From: Bacillota bacterium
GTDB taxonomy: Bacteria > Bacillota > SHA-98 > UBA4971
DNA length: 64,000 bases
NCBI GenBank assembly: GCA_012842395.1
Contig: DUSX01000018.1
Span: 62,116-126,115, forward strand
Direction of reading: 5' to 3'
The notes beneath the pieces were generated by a model that saw only the letters and a program-made list of their open reading frames with translations, did not search any database and was not told the DNA's origin. How positions within the stretch are numbered: the first letter of the stretch is position 1; each line of letters begins with the position of its first letter. Both the position numbers and the translations under genes were made by a program. Of the stretch, positions 57,874-64,000 are shown one piece after another.

Positions 57874-58791
57874 ATGGCGCATCGCCGCTGGTCGAGCGGC
57901 CTTCCGCGCCACCCGTGGTGGGTGGAGCTCGGACGCGCCTTGTCCAGGGCTTTCGGGCCCAGGTGGCCCGCGCGGCGGCGACCAATGACGCCATTTCAGC
58001 TGGCGCCCGCGGACCGGAAGATCAGCCGCAGCCAACGAGGGCTCGCAGGCCTTGGAGGCGAAGGGGGAAGCTTTGCTCATACGGCGGGGCACGGACGGGC
58101 CCGGAGATGGCCCGGACTCCGGCGTCGACCCCCGCGGTGGTACGGATGGCTGCGGCGCGTGGCTGCCATGGTCGCGGTGGGTGGCCTCCTCTTTGCGCTT
58201 GTGGATTGGCGTCTTCGGCCGACTCTTCATCAGATAGCGAGCGCGCAGGCCCGAGTGCTCGCCACTGAAGCGGTCAGTCAGGCGGTGGCGACGGAGATCG
58301 CGGAGGACATCCGGTGGGAAGACCTCTACGCTCTAAGACCTGACAGCACCGGGCGGGTTGTCCTCGTGCAGCCGAATACCGCGGAGATCGACCGCCTGAC
58401 GTCCAAGGTGACCAACAGGGTGCAGGAACTCCTCAAGAAAGTCACCGTGACCCAGGTGCGGATACCGTTAGGACAGGTCTTCGGAAGCCAGATCCTCGCC
58501 AACATGGGCCCACGGATACCCATCTCGGTTGTGCCAGTGGGCACTGTAACCACCAAAATACTCAGCGATTTCGAGCAGGCAGGCATAAACCAGATCCGCC
58601 ACAAGATCTACCTCGAGGTCGCGGCTCACATCAAACTTGTGGTTCCGCTCGTCGCCTCAGCGGTCGACGTCACGGTCCAAGTGCCCATCACCGAGGTCCT
58701 CATCATGGGCGACGTTCCCCAGACTTATATTCAGCTGGAGGGCTCCGAGCTGCGGAATCTCCTCCTGCCGCAGACTCCTCCGGCACAGTGA
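57874..58791 (+). CDS. yunB: Sporulation protein YunB
   Basis: Basic N-terminus, one TM segment, and a YunB-like core (ATEAVSQAVATEI...VTQVRIPLGQVFGSQILANMGPRIPIS...). The true start is probably internal (about 58009-58168). Confidence 0.5.
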   Translation: MAHRRWSSGLPRHPWWVELGRALSRAFGPRWPARRRPMTPFQLAPADRKISRSQRGLAGLGGEGGSFAHTAGHGRARRWPGLRRRPPRWYGWLRRVAAMVAVGGLLFALVDWRLRPTLHQIASAQARVLATEAVSQAVATEIAEDIRWEDLYALRPDSTGRVVLVQPNTAEIDRLTSKVTNRVQELLKKVTVTQVRIPLGQVFGSQILANMGPRIPISVVPVGTVTTKILSDFEQAGINQIRHKIYLEVAAHIKLVVPLVASAVDVTVQVPITEVLIMGDVPQTYIQLEGSELRNLLLPQTPPAQ

Positions 58792-58796
58792 GAATC

Positions 58797-59007
58797 CTAA
58801 GTATGTCGCCAAAAGTTCGCGCTACCTTTCGGCGGGGCCGCCCTGCCTAAGGCTATCGGTGTTGCCCTCCGGGGACGGCGCGCTTGCGGCGCGCCTCGTT
58901 CGAATTCGGCGCGCAAGACATCCGAATTCTCCACGCCCCGTCGGGCAAGCACCGGCAACCCCAGCGCCGTCAGGAAAGGAGACGAACACTTATGCCGCCA
59001 TACTTAG
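58797..59007. mobile_element. Complete MITE-like non-autonomous element (211 bp)
   Basis: Left end CTAAGTATGTCGCCAAAAGTT, right end CTTATGCCGCCATACTTAG. The first 110 bp are about 90% identical to the 29708 copy. No ORF. Flanked by CTA and TAG. Confidence 0.75.
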
Positions 59008-59145
59008 TGGCCTCGCGGGCGGCAGAAAGGCGTTTCCCTGCGTCTGTGCGGGAGGAATCCCGGTAAGAGTGCAGAACCTAGCAACTGACTGACAAGAGCA
59101 CTCGGGCAAGTTTTGTCATTCTCAGACTAGGGGGATTCGCCGAGA

Positions 59146-59793
59146 ATGCACAGGTTCCGTGACGCGGTCTTGGCTCGCAGCTACATTCAACGCGCCATTA
59201 TCGTGTGGGAGACGGTCCTGGCCCTGCTCGTGTTGCTGGGAGTAGTCGCGGGGAGCCTGGACCTGGTTAGCTATCTCAAGCTCCTCTTGCAAAGGGGGTC
59301 TGAGCTCCAGGATCCGTACAGCACGCTGCAGGGATTAATAGGTCACGTGCTGATGCTCGTGGTTGGGCTTGAACTCGCCATGATGCTCATCCGGCACACG
59401 CCGGGGAGCGTGATCGAGGTCCTCATGTACGTGGCGGCGCGCAAGATGCTCGGGCCGCAGACAACGGTGGCGGAATTCCTCGCTGGCACTGCGGCCATCG
59501 CAGGGCTCTTCGCGGTCAGGAAGTACCTCTTCGTGGCGAGGATGGATGTGGGCGATCACGTTTTTGGTGCGGCGACTCCGGTGAGCACGGTGTGTCAGAC
59601 CGCGGATGTGCGCATACCAGGGAGTATGGCGAAGACTATCGGAGGGGTGGTGGCGCGTCTTGCGGAGGAGCAGGGTGTGGACATCGTTCCGCGCCGCGCC
59701 TTCCGAGTGGGGGATGCCCTCATAGAGGTCGTGACGGTTGTGGACGGCTTGGTGGAAACCGTGAGGGTGACCCGAGTTGGCGACGATTCCTGA
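59146..59793 (+). CDS. PsiE-family membrane protein with C-terminal soluble extension
   Basis: N-terminal 130 aa with four predicted TM helices in a PsiE-like arrangement, followed by an approximately 80-aa beta-rich C-terminal domain. Confidence 0.45.
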   Translation: MHRFRDAVLARSYIQRAIIVWETVLALLVLLGVVAGSLDLVSYLKLLLQRGSELQDPYSTLQGLIGHVLMLVVGLELAMMLIRHTPGSVIEVLMYVAARKMLGPQTTVAEFLAGTAAIAGLFAVRKYLFVARMDVGDHVFGAATPVSTVCQTADVRIPGSMAKTIGGVVARLAEEQGVDIVPRRAFRVGDALIEVVTVVDGLVETVRVTRVGDDS

Positions 59794-59825
59794 CCCAAAA
59801 CCCAGACTCAAGTGAGCGACCCCGG

Positions 59826-59860
59826 AGAGTGCTCCGGGGTCGCCTTCTTTCGGTTTCCGG
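59826..59860. terminator. Bidirectional intrinsic terminator between the PsiE-like gene and groEL
   Basis: GCGACCCCGGAGAGTGCTCCGGGGTCGC hairpin, followed by TTCTTTCGG on the plus strand and preceded by A/T on the minus strand. Confidence 0.45.
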
Positions 59861-59884
59861 GCCTCGTTGTGCAAGGCTCTCGTT

Positions 59885-61842
<1,958 letters not shown>

Positions 61843-61868
61843 TCGTCATACCTCCTCTGGGCTGAAAT

Positions 61869-61895
61869 TTAGCACTCACCGAGGGGGAGTGCTAA
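61869..61895. promoter_or_regulatory. CIRCE operator (HrcA binding site) upstream of groES
   Basis: TTAGCACTC-N9-GAGTGCTAA is a perfect match to the CIRCE consensus. It lies 27-53 bp upstream of the groES start. Confidence 0.9.
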
Positions 61896-62002
61896 CAATC
61901 CGATACCATATTACAGAAGGTCATTCCGGGTTGTCAATAGGATAACTCGCAAATTCTCGAAAGCGGCGGAGTCTGACGAGCTTCACACCCCGCATGATCC
62001 GT

Positions 62003-62647
62003 TCATCCGTCAGACCAGCTCGCGAGGGTTTCAAGGATTCGCAGCAGTTCCTCCTCGCTTGACACACGTATCCCGGCTTTGAGATCGGCCCTCTCATTTG
62101 GCGGAAGATCGCTAGCCCTTATTCTGGTCACGCTCTTGGGTCTGCACCTGTGCTCGGGGTCACCGTAGAAAACCGTCACCCATCCATCCTTCTCGCCGAT
62201 GTGCATGTTAGAGAGGCAGGTGGGCGACATCCCGGCCCTCCTCTGCGACATCACGACCCGCTCTGGCGTGAACTCCGTTATGGTCCAGTCGACGACTTCG
62301 CGTGCTAGTTCCTCGCGGGTAAGGCCCACCATCTCCGGAGGCGCGGCCGTCCTGCTCACTTCCTCGTGGCCGCACTCGTAGAGCACCCTGTAGACAATCT
62401 CGGTGGAGGAGGATATCCTTGCGGCCGAGGCGACTTGTTCGGCGCCTGCCTTGAGACCCTCAAGGGGCAGGGAAGCCGCGTCCGGCCTCGTCGGACTGGT
62501 CTGTCCTAGCTTCTCCCGCGCCCGTTCGACGTTGTGAGCAGCTTTCAGGCTGAGGTAGGCGTACGTCGCCCCGGCGGAGGCCAGGGTGAACACGACGCAG
62601 AGCGCTACCAGCCTGCCCTTTCGGTCCACAGCCTCATCCCTCCGCAA
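62003..62647 (-). CDS. Hypothetical secreted/membrane-anchored protein, possibly BofC-like (sporulation)
   Basis: N-terminal TM anchor. C-terminal IGEKDGWVTVFYGDPEHRCRPKSVTRI...EELLRILE resembles the BofC C-domain. Confidence 0.3.
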   Translation of the reverse strand: MRRDEAVDRKGRLVALCVVFTLASAGATYAYLSLKAAHNVERAREKLGQTSPTRPDAASLPLEGLKAGAEQVASAARISSSTEIVYRVLYECGHEEVSRTAAPPEMVGLTREELAREVVDWTITEFTPERVVMSQRRAGMSPTCLSNMHIGEKDGWVTVFYGDPEHRCRPKSVTRIRASDLPPNERADLKAGIRVSSEEELLRILETLASWSDG

Positions 62648-62700
62648 CCAGTACCCAAAACTCCCTGGCTATCATGCCCGAAATAGCGTGAAGTATTCCT

Positions 62701-62739
62701 TAAAACAGGAGAACATGGCATCCATGCCATGTTCTCCTG
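62701..62739 (-). terminator. Intrinsic terminator downstream of yebC (minus strand)
   Basis: Perfect 16-bp inverted repeat CAGGAGAACATGGCAT-CC-ATGCCATGTTCTCCTG (62706-62739), followed on the minus strand by TTTTAAGG. Confidence 0.55.
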
Positions 62740-62928
62740 ATCTGATCAGCCCTTTTCGCCCTGTGCACACGTCGTCCGCGTGGCGTGAGCAGCGAGCGGC
62801 GGGACGTCATCGTCATGCTCGGACTCGGAGGCGTCCCGCGATCCAGCTCTGTCCGGAGACAGGCGGGGCGAACTCCCCTGCGCTCCCGCGCTGCGAAACC
62901 TCGCCTTACACGGTGAAGCGACCGGAGG

Positions 62929-63687
62929 TCATTCCTCTGCGGCCGCTTCCATTTCCTCGTCCGGTATGTCGAAGTTCGCGTGTACCTGCTGGACGTCGTC
63001 CAGATCCTCGAGCTCCTCGGTGAGACTGAGCACCTGCCTTGCGTCCTTGCCTGTGACCCGCACTGTAGTCTGTGGCAGCCAGGTGAGCTCCGCGACGGTG
63101 AAGGCGACGCCGTAATCCTTGAGATATTTCTGCACTTTCTCGAAATCCGCGGGATCAGTGGTGATCTCGACGGTGGAGCCGTCAACCTTCAAGTCCTCGG
63201 CCCCGGCTTCCACGGCGAGGTTCATCAGGTCGTCTTCGCTCATCTTCGACTCCGCGAGGTCCACCACGAGGAGACCCTTCTTGCGGAACATCCACGCCAC
63301 GCAACCGCTTTCGCCCAGGTTTCCCCCGTGCCGCGTGAAGATGTGTCGTATATCGGAGGCCGCGCGGTTCCTGTTGTCGGTCATGGCCTCAACCATGATG
63401 GCCACGCCTCCAGGGCCGTACCCTTCGTAAACGATCTCCTCGTACGTCTCGGTTCCGGACTCGCCCGCACCCCTCTTTATGGCCCGCATTATGCTGTCGT
63501 TGGGCATGTTGACGCCCCTGGCCCGCTCGATGGCCATCCTCAGCCTGAAGTTTGCCTCCGGGTCAGGCCCCCCCTGGCGCGCGGCGACCAAGATCTCCCG
63601 CGCGACCTTGGTGAACATCTTTCCCCGCTCCGCATCAGCCTTTGCTTTTCTATGCTTGATGTTAGCCCATTTGGAATGTCCAGACAC
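62929..63687 (-). CDS. yebC: YebC/PmpR-family transcriptional regulatory protein
   Basis: MSGHSKWANIKHRKAKADAERGKMFTK... Confidence 0.9.
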   Translation of the reverse strand: MSGHSKWANIKHRKAKADAERGKMFTKVAREILVAARQGGPDPEANFRLRMAIERARGVNMPNDSIMRAIKRGAGESGTETYEEIVYEGYGPGGVAIMVEAMTDNRNRAASDIRHIFTRHGGNLGESGCVAWMFRKKGLLVVDLAESKMSEDDLMNLAVEAGAEDLKVDGSTVEITTDPADFEKVQKYLKDYGVAFTVAELTWLPQTTVRVTGKDARQVLSLTEELEDLDDVQQVHANFDIPDEEMEAAAEE

Positions 63688-63946
63688 GTCTCACCCCTCC
63701 CGTCACGACAATCTTAGCACAGAGGCCAACCTGTTGTCACCGGGTCTTCGACCGCAGGGTGGGCGTTTCTCACGCGTGCTTTCGCGCCACTCGGCAGCCG
63801 GACCAACCGACCGCGCCACGCCCCGTCTCTTGAGTGAATCAGCAGGGAGCTCCGCGTGATTCGCAGGGAGCACATCGGGGCGCCCTGTCGATGCGCGCTC
63901 CGGCGGTGGGTGAGATCGATAACTCGGTGACCCGCCGCAGGCACAC

Positions 63947-64000
63947 CTAAGTATGTCGCCAAAAGTCCGCGCTACTTGTCGGCGGGGCGGCCCAGGGTTG
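63947..64000. repeat. Left end of another MITE-like element, running off the window
   Basis: CTAAGTATGTCGCCAAAAGTCCGCGCTACTTGTCGGCGGGGCGGCC matches the element left arm. Confidence 0.55.

Overview
This is a high-GC chromosomal segment, by eye roughly two-thirds G+C. Gene order resembles Bacillus: ytxC-thrS, infC-rpmI-rplT, TrmH-family-[Phe T-box]-tlyA-pheS-pheT-zapA-cvpA-polX ... mutS2, and groES-groEL with a CIRCE operator. Sporulation-type genes (YtxC, YunB, BofC-like, YtpB-like) suggest a spore-forming Firmicutes-like organism. The named blocks are: (1) a tungsten-type aldehyde:ferredoxin oxidoreductase cluster (polyferredoxin, AOR, MtaD-like amidohydrolase, MoeB/ThiF, DMT permease); (2) a minus-strand, sigma-54-controlled operon made of a PrpR-like activator, a consensus sigma-54 promoter, a LarA-family racemase homolog, TctC/TctA/TctB and a DmlA/TtuC-type D-malate/tartrate dehydrogenase; (3) a RiPP-like locus with a LuxR-type regulator, a radical-SAM/SPASM enzyme carrying an N-terminal PqqD-like RRE, a CPBP intramembrane protease and small proteins; (4) Trk potassium uptake, with an apparent trkA frameshift and an intact trkH; (5) housekeeping genes (thrS with T-box, infC leader, L35, L20, pheST with a Phe T-box placed upstream of tlyA, PolX, MutS2, PBP1A, tyrS, GroESL, YebC); (6) six tRNA genes (Val-TAC, Asp-GTC, Phe-GAA, Gly-GCC, Cys-GCA, Val-GAC), all with encoded CCA; (7) a family of about 210-220 bp MITE-like elements with 21-bp terminal inverted repeats CTAAGTATGTCGCCAAAAGTT, present in at least six full or partial copies. 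No rRNA, CRISPR array or transposase gene was seen. Many long ORFs in the track that run antisense to conserved genes are treated as high-GC artefacts.
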